64,000 nt of DNA from positions 352,001-416,000 of the forward strand of contig CM000430.1 of the NCBI GenBank assembly GCA_000165345.1. Direction: 5' to 3'. How positions within the stretch are numbered: the stretch's first letter is position 1; the number at the start of each line of letters is the position of its first letter. Below, piece by piece: positions 54,254-64,000 of the stretch. The position numbers and the translations under genes were made by a program. The notes below the pieces were generated by a model that was given only the letters and a program-made list of their open reading frames with translations, was not told the origin of the DNA and searched no databases.

Positions 54254-55025
54254 TCTTACTTCCTTTTAAGAATGGAATTATTATAAGGAATAAGTATTTC
54301 TAACCTTTTAAACTGTTTTTTATGCAAGCTGTGGAGTAAATGTTCCCTACTAACTTTTTATTAATAAAATGTTACCCCACACAGGAAATATTAAAAATAA
54401 AGTATGTTCAGCGCACTAAAATCAATGTTATATCGACACTTTCCTGGGTAGACTTAACTTCGTTCGCCACAACAATCTCTTCCATTAATCCGACAAGAAC
54501 ATCATTTTATCCTATTACCAATATTTACTCATGCAAAGAGACGAGACAGTTGATGGCGCCATATAAGGTTCGGAAATGTTTTCTTTTTCTTTTTTGCATT
54601 TGTGATAAACAATTTGATGGATTTGTAAGGTAATGGATATGTTAAATGCTAATGTCGTATAATGACCGCTAATCATCAAGCTGCTCACTAGCTTTTGAAT
54701 TGATACTTTTAAAAATGATTTAAGATCGTAATATAAGTTAATTTTAGATTAACCAAATCATCTACAAAAATATGTTTTCAACTATTTTACTTTATTATTT
54801 TTAATTTTAATTTATACGGTTCAAACAATGAAATAAATTTATTTAATGAAGTTGTCTGATAAGTCTGTGTCTCCACCATTATGTCGAAATTACATGATTA
54901 ATTGTAAAGTAATAAGCATCCTAAAATAAATAACCAGAATAAAATCTGCTAATTTTTGTTGAAATTCACGAGATGCAAACTCATTTCTAGATTAGTATAA
55001 ACACTTATTATATTTCATTTTAAAT

Positions 55026-56138
55026 ATGTTTAAAGGAAACGTAATTGATTTTAATCGTTATTCAACATTAATTGATGAAAGACTTAAAATTAAATCAAAA
55101 GAAAGGATGCGTCCAAATGACTTGTTCTCGGACCCTTATTATCAAAAATCTGACTTTGAAAAAAATTGTATTGATACAATTTCAGAAAATACAAGTAAAA
55201 ATATGTTAAAAAATATATGGAATCTTAGTCAAGAAAAAGCAAATATAAATCCATCTGAAACTTCCTCCAATTGTAATAAATTTTATAATTATGAAAATTA
55301 TTTGGGGATCAAAAGAAGTGGTTGCAAAAATACCACTGTTGAAAAGAAGTCAGAAAGTAAAATGGAAGAATTTATTAAAAATACTTCTGCAAGGAAGCAG
55401 AAACTATTTAGAGAATTTTCAACTGGAATTGTGCTAGGAGATGAGGGAGATTCGAGGGAGAAAATGTTTTCCTACGTTTCTAATATATTGAGCAATCAAA
55501 ACAACAAAGAGAAGGATGATAATGAAAATTTTAAGTTGGCTTACCCTTTTTATTCAAATATTTTCAACATTGAAAATCATACTTGTAAATCTGAGCTAAG
55601 TAAAAGATTCTTGCTTGAACGGCGAATAACGAATAACTCCGATATTGGAGACGAGTGCGCTGCAATGCTACTAACTCCTGGAACACTTAAATACTATAGT
55701 TTTGATAGAGAAACTAAAACTTACAACGCAATTAAAGATTTAAGCAACAATAACATATCTGATGAATACAATTTGGACAATGTTACTCCAAAATTTACTC
55801 CATTACAAAAAAATTTGAGTTCTAAACTACATGGAAGTGACTTCTATAATAATGCGGCAATTAGAAGTTCAGAAACAATGTACATAATTAGATTCCGCCT
55901 GAAAAACATTAGCTCTCAAATTAATGAGAAGATTATTAAAAATGCTGCTGCAAATTGTGGTGCGTTTGCCTATCAAATAATGTTTGAATTTGATCCAATT
56001 AAATGGTGTTCTAAAGGTATTGCAACAGGCATGCTTAGATATTCTGGCGATAGCTTAGATGCTTTTAAAAGAGAATTAATCGAATTATTCAAGATTGAAG
56101 TTGAGATCCTTAATGGAATTCAGGAAAGTTCAGAATAA
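55026..56138 (+). CDS. hypothetical protein (370 aa)
   Basis: ATG-start ORF, no recognisable domain. Confidence 0.4.
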   Translation: MFKGNVIDFNRYSTLIDERLKIKSKERMRPNDLFSDPYYQKSDFEKNCIDTISENTSKNMLKNIWNLSQEKANINPSETSSNCNKFYNYENYLGIKRSGCKNTTVEKKSESKMEEFIKNTSARKQKLFREFSTGIVLGDEGDSREKMFSYVSNILSNQNNKEKDDNENFKLAYPFYSNIFNIENHTCKSELSKRFLLERRITNNSDIGDECAAMLLTPGTLKYYSFDRETKTYNAIKDLSNNNISDEYNLDNVTPKFTPLQKNLSSKLHGSDFYNNAAIRSSETMYIIRFRLKNISSQINEKIIKNAAANCGAFAYQIMFEFDPIKWCSKGIATGMLRYSGDSLDAFKRELIELFKIEVEILNGIQESSE

Positions 56139-56207
56139 AAACAAACCAAAATGTTAATTCGGCCTAATAATAGAATAATTGAGATAATATGCGAAATTCA
56201 GTAGTTT

Positions 56208-56909
56208 CTACTTCTTAATGTATATTATAATGACAACAAATAATATAAATAAGACTGAAACGACAAAATTTTGTCTCTTTTTCAAGTTGATAATTGAATT
56301 TACAACACTTTGAATATTGCTTATAGATTTCTTTCTCATTGTGCGCGTCTTATCAAAAATTAATTTTAAAGTATGATTTTGACCACTTAATGAATGAGTT
56401 GTATTCATTGCCTGATCTATCATTGAATTTAAATTTAAAACTGAATCTTTAATTATATTCTTTTCCCTATAAAACTGAGATCTTTCGAATGATTCAGTAC
56501 TTTTATCTATGTATAATTTCTGATACTTATTTCCGGACGGAGTGTTTGATTTTGAAAAAAGGTTCACCCTTTTTTTTCTAGAGTCGATATACTTGCAAAT
56601 ATTATTATAGTCGTGCTTCAAATTCTGAAGAAGTGAACTATACCTATCGGTATTCATACCATCATTATTTAGTATATCTACCTCTTTCTCAAATGAATCA
56701 AAAAGGCAGCAAATATCATTTTTTAAGCTCTGAACTTCAATCTCCCATTTATGTTCACTCATAATAATCCCTCCTTCTTTCGTTGTACCTTTTTCTTCTT
56801 CATCTAGAAATGCATCTATTTCTAGGTTCCAATCATGTGATTTTAGTGTATCTAACTCTCCTAGTTTAGTTTCAAGAGCATTCTGAATACCCCTTAAGCA
56901 AATACTCAT
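56208..56909 (-). CDS. tail-anchored coiled-coil membrane protein, possibly a Sec20/Use1-type SNARE
   Basis: Single C-terminal TM FVVSVLFILFVVIIIYI with 2-residue luminal tail, preceded by a heptad-like segment. Assignment weak. Confidence 0.35.
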   Translation of the reverse strand: MSICLRGIQNALETKLGELDTLKSHDWNLEIDAFLDEEEKGTTKEGGIIMSEHKWEIEVQSLKNDICCLFDSFEKEVDILNNDGMNTDRYSSLLQNLKHDYNNICKYIDSRKKRVNLFSKSNTPSGNKYQKLYIDKSTESFERSQFYREKNIIKDSVLNLNSMIDQAMNTTHSLSGQNHTLKLIFDKTRTMRKKSISNIQSVVNSIINLKKRQNFVVSVLFILFVVIIIYIKK

Positions 56910-57174
56910 GTTTAAGTATTATAGTACCAGTTCATCTTATGTGGTAGACGTAAATACGAAATTAAAGATTTTTTTTTTGTGTAATCGTAATTTTTTAAGA
57001 AAAAAAATTCAAGAAAAAAAGTTTAACCGCATAATTAAAACAAAAAATTGCTTTTGAGAACTATTTAGAACGTTTCAACTACTACTACTAAATCCTGCTG
57101 GTAACATTGTTTTAATTAAATTGATCAGATTTATGTGGCAACGGATTATTAATAATAAGAATCGCATTGTACAT

Positions 57175-58155
57175 CTATAGATAAACAGTAGAGCCATTTA
57201 CCCACTCTGAAAATTCTCTTTCATTTATTCCACTCTTTTGGTTTTCGTCTAAAGCATTGTATATAATGCTTAAATCAGTAACTCCAAACTGTTGTCTTCC
57301 GTTAGTATAATCTGCTGCCATTCTACTAAATTCTTCAAATTGCATTCCGTACACTGGATCTGCGATCGCATATCTTCTATATACATCAGCTACAGTTGAT
57401 GTTTTTGTTGTGATAATATTTTTCCTAACTCTTTCAAGCCTTACACTTTTTTGCAAAGATATCAATAATCCAATAATTGCAACCCCAGCAACTGCAATAG
57501 AAGTCAGAAAGGCCAGAAGTGCTAGTACTCCTGCCCCTCTCCTTTGAGGCCAGAGTGTAGTGGATGTAAGGCAACTAAGAAATAAAAGGCAAAGGCTCTT
57601 TCCTGTTAAATGGGTTAAAAACCTTGCTTCTTTCCTAATCAATGCTCTACCTCTTGCCGACCAACGTGGGCTTCCAGGAACATCGAGAATCATCAATAAA
57701 ATTCCAAATAAGAGTTGGAATAGGGAATTGATCATATTTGCCGGCTGAATATTAAACAATGAATTTGTAGCAGCTAATACGCCTGCTGCAGAAGATGCAC
57801 CAGCTCCAATGAAAAATAGAGTCTGGTATCGACAATTCAAATCTTGGAGAGTCTTTTCTACTCTTGCCCCGCCTATAATTATTTGATCGGCCAAAGTTAC
57901 ATCCACTTTGGAAGAGCTCTTAACGCCAACTATAAACCTCTCGCCTACAAAAAAAGTTTGTAAGTATTAACTTTTTCAACCAAATAGATGTACTTTTCAT
58001 TATAAATACAAAATGGTAATTAACTTTCAGAGTTGCATAAAATCAAAACAGTTAAACTTTTATTAGTAGATGTCACCATAGTATCTATAACATCTCCACA
58101 TGCAAAGTACTCTAACGACTAACTTACCTGAAATCCCACCTTGTGTTTCATACAT
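57175..58155 (-). CDS. 4-TM membrane protein with C-terminal EF-hand-like loop, paralog A (2 exons)
   Basis: Exons complement(57175..57944, 58128..58155). Intron 57945..58127 (183 nt, GTAAGT...TTTTTTTGTAG). The ORF-track start 57906 is a GTG. The spliced N-terminus MYETQGGIS|GERF... parallels paralog B's MYGNRD.... Conserved YQTLFFI, PG.PRWSA, LTGKSL.LLFLSCL.STTL, LSIIYNALDENQK.GINEREF. Confidence 0.55.
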
Positions 58156-58462
58156 TTTGTATCAAATCTATTCGCAATATCAAGTTAAATGTCCAAAGAA
58201 GTGGTATGATAACTATTGGTTAGTATAGCATTAAATACTAATTCCCTCGATTTCAATTCTATCACACATTCGCAAAGACTTTGTACTGGAAAAAATACCG
58301 CCTAAATTCATTCATATATTTACTAAAAAATAGGATTAAAATTCAAATAAAAATAATTAGATCTAGTCAAAAAAAAAAGCAAGCTATTGCCACAGAAATG
58401 TTCATAAAATATAATATAAGGATTTAGTAGCAAAACACCCTAATTTATTTCTACCAAACAAG

Positions 58463-59266
58463 CTACACTAGTGTAAATCTAGATGAAAAAAATTCAACAA
58501 ACTCCCTTTCATTAATTGATCCTTTTTGGTTGTCATCCAATGCATTAAAAATAATGCTCAGCTCATCTTGAGAAAATTGATAATTGTTATCTGTTCTGTC
58601 ACTTATTAATCTATTGAACTCATCGCCAAGCATTCCAAATAATGGATCAGAAAGAGCATAACTTCTATATATTTCAATAGTATTGCAAGCTCCAACACTT
58701 GTATAACTCGATATGACACTCTTCTTAATTCTATTCAGTCTTATTCCTTTCTCAAAAGAAATAAGGAGACCCAATACTGCAACGGATGAAGTAAGTAAAC
58801 AAACCAAGAATGTTAGTAAAAATAATCCAGGAGATTTTGACTTTGTTTTCGAAAACATAGAAATTATCATTGGGCCCCTATTATTTGTTCTCAGAGTGGT
58901 TGAGCATAGGCATGACAAAAACAAGAGGGAAAGAGATTTCCCTGTTAACTTTGATAAAATCCTTGCTTGACGTCTAATATCGCTTCTAAACTTTGCGCTC
59001 CATCTTGGTTGCCCAGGAATATCCAACAATAATAAAAGCACTCCTACAATTAACTGAAGGCAAGAATTTACAAAGTTTGTGATCCTTAACCCAAATAATG
59101 AATATATAGCAGAAAAAAATCCTGCTATAGACAGAACAAGAGTCGCAATAAAGAATAATGTTTGATATTTCACATTAAATTCCGCCAAAGTAGCATCCAC
59201 TATCTCCCCACTGTGCTCTATCTTCTCTTGAAATACTCCTATTTCCTTATCTCTATTTCCATACAT
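58463..59266 (-). CDS. 4-TM membrane protein with C-terminal EF-hand-like loop, paralog B
   Basis: Single exon, 267 aa, collinear with paralog A. EF-hand-like DDNQKGSINEREF. Confidence 0.6.
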   Translation of the reverse strand: MYGNRDKEIGVFQEKIEHSGEIVDATLAEFNVKYQTLFFIATLVLSIAGFFSAIYSLFGLRITNFVNSCLQLIVGVLLLLLDIPGQPRWSAKFRSDIRRQARILSKLTGKSLSLLFLSCLCSTTLRTNNRGPMIISMFSKTKSKSPGLFLLTFLVCLLTSSVAVLGLLISFEKGIRLNRIKKSVISSYTSVGACNTIEIYRSYALSDPLFGMLGDEFNRLISDRTDNNYQFSQDELSIIFNALDDNQKGSINEREFVEFFSSRFTLV

Positions 59267-59284
59267 TTATATTCAAAATAAGTA

Positions 59285-59327
<43 letters not shown>

Positions 59328-59516
59328 AATTTAATACTCAGTTCAAGTATAATATATATCATGGAGCACGCCTTGCATCTCAATAATGTAATTCAGTGGG
59401 CTGAATACGTAAATAGCCATGCCGTATATGCCTACAATGATTGCTTCCGAGTAGGCAAAAGATCTGCCTGTAATAAATTTTATTTTTAGTCGAATTGAAA
59501 CATTTAAGTGAGTTTG

Positions 59517-60134
59517 CTAGCTAGATACAATGGCATGTTCCTTCCAAAACTCTACCGACTCTAAGTATTTTTCTCTTTTCAATGGGACCCCACTACCTCC
59601 CTCTTCTATTAAAGTATTTCTAAGAATTGTTATTGGCTCCATTGGGACTTCAAAGCTTTCATTTTGCGCCTTAATTGATATTATATACCAGTCCGGGTTC
59701 TTTTCCCTATCATCTAGAATATCTTGTAGACAACAGTTCATAATGCTTGATTCTTTCTCACACTGTTCTTTACTATAAAGAATGATATCTAAATACTTGC
59801 TTTTAATTAGTTGTGATGCGGGTGGGGAATCCTTTGGGAACCACCTTGACAATACTGGAATCTCTTCGTCTCTCCTCGAAATATACCCTGTCTTAATATA
59901 TTTTTCGTTTTCATTTGTGATCTTTACAATTGATTGCTTTGCTTCTGTAAAATTTGGAATAAAAATATGTTTGCAGAAATCTGCATACCCATCGACTAAT
60001 GTAGGATTATTCTCGATAATGTAATTATTTACGTTCCTCAAGAATTCATAAGGACTCATTCTTGGGATATAACTTCCTCTGTATCCCTCCACAAACTGTC
60101 TTAGAGCAAAACTATTAACTCCCAATAGTTTCAT
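59517..60134 (-). CDS. hypothetical protein (205 aa)
   Basis: ATG-start ORF. A Maf1-like beginning (MKLLGVNSF) is not supported by the rest of the sequence. Confidence 0.4.
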   Translation of the reverse strand: MKLLGVNSFALRQFVEGYRGSYIPRMSPYEFLRNVNNYIIENNPTLVDGYADFCKHIFIPNFTEAKQSIVKITNENEKYIKTGYISRRDEEIPVLSRWFPKDSPPASQLIKSKYLDIILYSKEQCEKESSIMNCCLQDILDDREKNPDWYIISIKAQNESFEVPMEPITILRNTLIEEGGSGVPLKREKYLESVEFWKEHAIVSS

Positions 60135-60232
60135 AATTCTTTATTTCTGGAAAAAAAAGTTGTTAAAAACCTATATCTTAATATTGCTTTAATTGCGCCG
60201 AAGGAAAAGAGAGTTGAATCTGAATAAATAAA

Positions 60233-60787
60233 ATGGGAAATATTCTTTATTATCTTATCGGCCAACGGAATTATCACTATTATGATGAGATTGCATTAGA
60301 TTGTGGAGTAAATATGTTTTCTATTCAAAAAAATGTCGAACAAACAAAGATCTTAAAATATAAAAGTTTATCAATGAAAATTTCCGAAGCAGAAAGTTTA
60401 TATAACAAACTAATGGACATGAGATATCATACAGAACAAATTATTGATAAGTACAACTCTCTTACAAGATTATTTGAAGGGATCCACTGTAAAATTTGTT
60501 ACCTGGACTTTGCTCAGAGATGGGTTTATCAGCAAGACTGCAATAAATTTTACAAGTACTGTATAGAATTAGAAGCTAGGATCGCTGAGCAAGATGAATC
60601 AATAAAAAGAAAGTACTTGGAATATTGTGATTTTGTCCAATTATACAGTATTAAGTCAGGAAAGATTAAGTATTTAAATAAATATCCAGGTCTAAAAACA
60701 TGCCTCTTATTAAGTAGAAAATGTCCGAAATGCTACGAATCTAAAAAAATATCTCATTCGCAAGCAAAAGTAAGTATCAATAATTAA
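60233..60787 (+). CDS. hypothetical Cys-rich protein (184 aa), N-terminal MGN (possible myristoylation)
   Basis: ATG-start ORF with several CxxC pairs (CKICY, CPKCY). Confidence 0.35.
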   Translation: MGNILYYLIGQRNYHYYDEIALDCGVNMFSIQKNVEQTKILKYKSLSMKISEAESLYNKLMDMRYHTEQIIDKYNSLTRLFEGIHCKICYLDFAQRWVYQQDCNKFYKYCIELEARIAEQDESIKRKYLEYCDFVQLYSIKSGKIKYLNKYPGLKTCLLLSRKCPKCYESKKISHSQAKVSINN

Positions 60788-60930
60788 TACATTTCCCAAA
60801 CTAACTCACTATAGAATACAGCATTTATGGCCTTTAAAATTAGAGGCATACTTTCATTTTATGAATACCAATGGGATGAAATCAAATCTTGTAAATAATC
60901 CCTTAAAGATAAAATTTAGATTTATATTAG

Positions 60931-62151
60931 CTATGCATCTATAAAGCTATTATCTTGTTGTAGAAGCTCGTCCTCAGAGTATACTAATAAATGTATAATA
61001 TCTTCAATCCCACTAATTATTTCATCTTTTGATTCATATAAATGCCATACTCTCAAAACTTCATATGCTCCCAACTCTCGAAGGAAAGTCCTCCCATTAA
61101 CCGTTGAAATTAATACTAATATACAGTCAAATACATCTTGAGATATATTTTTATTAACAGGGCCGATTGCATTTTTTTTAATAAACTCGGAAACTTTGTC
61201 TTCTGCAGCAGAATCTGTGAATTCTTCATAATCACCCCCACAATTTTTTTTGGGATTCCCATTGTCAAATTCGTTAAATGAAATATTATCAGAATTCGTT
61301 CCTTCGCGCTTTGAATCAAAAAAAATCGTCTTATTTTGGAGTTCGGATAATATATTACTGCTTTTCCTATACCTTAGATTTAGATGGCTTTCATTAGGGT
61401 AAACCAAACAACATAATGATGGAATTACATTACAATCTTTTTTTGATATAATTGTATGTAAGTTCTTATCTAGGCAAACGTGCGTAATAATACTCATTAC
61501 ACTCTTGGTCATTATCAAATCATCTTTTCTTGATGTTGCTAGCATTAGTTCCGAAACTTTGTTCAATAATTCAATACCTAAATTACTATCAAATAAAAAT
61601 ACTCGCCCTTGACTACAATATGTACAATTATTTAAAATACTAATGATCATCTCTTTCTCCTTCTCATCCCTAGAGTTAGAGAGGCATTCGAGTAAATAGG
61701 TTAAATAAAAACTTTTACTTTGTCTAGACTTATCAAAAAACTTTTCTCTCCCTTTTGAATAACGTGTCAAATTTGAAATAAGCATCAAGTTTAGAGATAA
61801 ATGATAGGGTACAGTAGAATTTGATTTGATCTGCTCTCTTAAGTTATCCATTGAATATTCGATTGCGCTCCAATTTCTACATAACTCTTCTCCTATTTCA
61901 GACTTTTGAGACAAATTTATCAAAATTTTCAAAGCACATTCTGATATGCTGGAAATATCGTTCCCAATAAGTAGAAGAATGCTTCTGAAATAGTTGGGGT
62001 TATTTGATAAAAATTCTGATAGTGATTCCATTTCACTCTGATCAAGGAGTAGCTCCATACTTCCTTTAATTACCTCATCTTTTCCATCACGTAAGAGATG
62101 AAATAATTCTTCATAAACCCCAAATAAATTTATTTTATCATCTTCTTCCAT
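60931..62151 (-). CDS. hypothetical alpha-helical (ARM/HEAT-like) protein (406 aa)
   Basis: ATG-start ORF. GCATGC at 62210 and GACGCCGCCATG at 62183 lie just upstream. Confidence 0.4.
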   Translation of the reverse strand: MEEDDKINLFGVYEELFHLLRDGKDEVIKGSMELLLDQSEMESLSEFLSNNPNYFRSILLLIGNDISSISECALKILINLSQKSEIGEELCRNWSAIEYSMDNLREQIKSNSTVPYHLSLNLMLISNLTRYSKGREKFFDKSRQSKSFYLTYLLECLSNSRDEKEKEMIISILNNCTYCSQGRVFLFDSNLGIELLNKVSELMLATSRKDDLIMTKSVMSIITHVCLDKNLHTIISKKDCNVIPSLCCLVYPNESHLNLRYRKSSNILSELQNKTIFFDSKREGTNSDNISFNEFDNGNPKKNCGGDYEEFTDSAAEDKVSEFIKKNAIGPVNKNISQDVFDCILVLISTVNGRTFLRELGAYEVLRVWHLYESKDEIISGIEDIIHLLVYSEDELLQQDNSFIDA

Positions 62152-62758
62152 TGATTACGATTTATTGGTTTTGAAGAAACTTAGACGCCGCCATGTTAAA
62201 AAAGACCTCGCATGCTTAAAAAATTAGATTGACGATGAAAAATAAATTAGTAATTAATTAAACATCAGAAAGTATTATATCGTTCACTAATTAGTTTGAT
62301 TTGATTATTATATTTTGTATTTAGTCTACTTCATTTTGTCGCCTTTGGAAATAGAAACTAATATATCGAGTTTCAGACTATTTAATTTTCTAATAGGTTA
62401 ACGAATTTAATAAGAATTCGTGCAAAAAGTACATTAAATTTGAAAATGATTATAGGAATGGCTCTCAACTATGATTTATCAAATTATCATTCTATGTGCC
62501 TCAAAAAATATTTCATGTAAGCCCAATTTAAAAAAAAATTTACCCAGCACAACAATTTGAAGAACTCATTCCGTGCGGAATGATCCAGCGATAAATTAAA
62601 ATATTAAATTATATCTTTGCAGAAAAAATTTTAATATAGAAGAAAAGCATTTATTTAATTGGTAATGTACTTAAAAGTTAACTACAGAAACCATACTTTA
62701 TACAGAGGCAATAATTATTGAAATCTACAAAAAAAACGTAAAAGCGAGCAATCAATCA

Positions 62759-63538
62759 TTAGTCTATTTGCATAGAGGAAGTTTCTTGAGATTCATTAAT
62801 TTGTTCTATAGTTGGCGGTTGCTCTTGGTTAATAATTTGAAGATATTTTATTTTTTCTTCTTCTAATAATTCATTATAAATGTCATTTCTTCCTAAAATT
62901 GCCACATCCACATTTTCTTGATTCATTTCTTGTTCAGATGACAAGCTTGATCTTAATGCTCTTAAAGTATGTAAAATCAATTGATCCTTGCTACAATTAG
63001 CAAATTCTTTAAAATGTTTTTCCAAATAAGTTTTGCTAGCTTGAGATCTTGACCCTATTGCAATCGAGTAATATTCAAAGCAATTCCCGGAAGGGCATGT
63101 TTCAAATAAATGCGGGCCGCTTTCATCAAATCCTGCCAAGAGCAATCCTACGCCAAATGGCCTTCTGCCGTATTCTTGTGTATTTACCTGGGATTTCAAT
63201 ACAAGCCTGTTAACCAAAGTGTTCAATGGTATTGGTGAATCATATGTGAATGAGTAGTTTAGACATTCTGATCTAAGGTAGTTACAAATTACTTTAGCGT
63301 CTGCAGTAATCCCTGAAACTGCTACGCCAATATGGTTGTCAATTTTGTATAGTTTCTTTTGGTACCCAGCGAGCCTGCTTGTACTTCTTTTTATGCAAGC
63401 AAGAACAACTATCTCATCGTTTCTTGCTCCAACTACTGCAGTGCCTTGTTTAACTGCTTCCATTGCGTATTCAATCTGGAAAACTCTTCCTTGTGGAGAC
63501 CAAGTAACAACGTCCGTATCATATTGGTTTCTATACAT
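62759..63538 (-). CDS. PSMA1: 20S proteasome subunit alpha type-1 (PSMA1/alpha6-like)
   Basis: [32 protein letters not shown]... is collinear with PSMA1 ([32 protein letters not shown]). Confidence 0.9.
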   Translation of the reverse strand: [259 protein letters not shown]

Positions 63539-63676
63539 TATTGAAATACTTATTAAAAAAACTAAAGTAATAAAAAGGATGTATTCACAACTACTAAATT
63601 GTTGTAAGAGTGAACAGAAAAAGTATCAAATACTCTAGAAACCTATTCTAGTACAATTCTATTTTTAGAAAACTTA

Positions 63677-63701
63677 GGGGGGTGGCGGCAATATTCGCGG
63701 G
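63677..63701. promoter_or_regulatory. GC box GGGGGGTGGCGGCAATATTCGCGGG ~140 bp upstream of the proteasome alpha-1 gene
   Basis: G-box plus TTCGCGGG (E2F-like) in AT-rich DNA. Confidence 0.3.
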
Positions 63702-64000
63702 TTAATAATTAATGAATAAAAAGTCTAATTAAAATAAGTATAGACTGGTGCCTAAACATTAAACTACCTTTTTGAACACCAGGACATTAGTTAATTAGAA
63801 ACTAGAATAAAACACAAAATTAACTAATTTGATTCATTTTGAAATATTGTGTGAATTAATCTTGAGAATGCACCTTCTTAAATTAGTTAATTTTGAAAAT
63901 TTTTATTTACTAAGTTCATGTAAAATTGATACTTCAATCAAATTATTCCTTATTTGGCTTTTAAAACAGATTTTATATATCTTCATAAGACATTCTTTTT

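Noticed and set aside
59517-60134. Maf1 (Pol III repressor) assignment for the 205-aa protein
   Set aside because: Only the first ~10 residues (MKLLGVNSF) resemble Maf1. The conserved Maf1 C-terminal motifs are absent.

Overview
This window is an AT-rich (~70% AT) stretch of a compact eukaryotic nuclear genome, not a prokaryote. Genes lie about one per 1.5-2 kb on both strands, most as single exons. A minority carry very short spliceosomal introns (33-56 nt, GTAAGT/GTATGT donor, YAG acceptor), which I traced by hand where homology allowed. The content is typical eukaryotic housekeeping and signalling: SWI3/SMARCC, RNF10, ArfGAP, GDP-mannose pyrophosphorylase, Ipi1/TEX10, DnaJ, a HAL2-type nucleotidase, RNF5, NDR kinase, a short HOP/STI1, RACK1, a GSK3-like kinase, UDP-xylose synthase, a MORN protein, Rab6, a SIZ/PIAS SUMO E3, a MAPK15/ERK7-like TDY kinase and proteasome alpha-1. 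There is one tRNA-Leu(UAA). Several large low-complexity proteins have no recognisable family. AT-rich intergenic DNA carries isolated GC-rich motifs (TGGCGCCA and TTTGGCGG E2F-like boxes, GCATGCA, G-boxes). Together with the gene set this fits an apicomplexan, Cryptosporidium-like genome, but that is inference only. The most novel-looking item is a tandem pair of paralogous four-helix membrane proteins with a C-terminal EF-hand-like loop (57.2-59.3 kb). Also notable are a HOP lacking TPR1/DP1, a GC-rich island in the UXS/MORN bidirectional promoter, and an 8-intron GSK3-like gene among intron-poor neighbours. Several ORF-track starts are TTG/GTG artefacts and are corrected here. A block of ambiguous bases (51170-51484) is an assembly-quality region, not biology.
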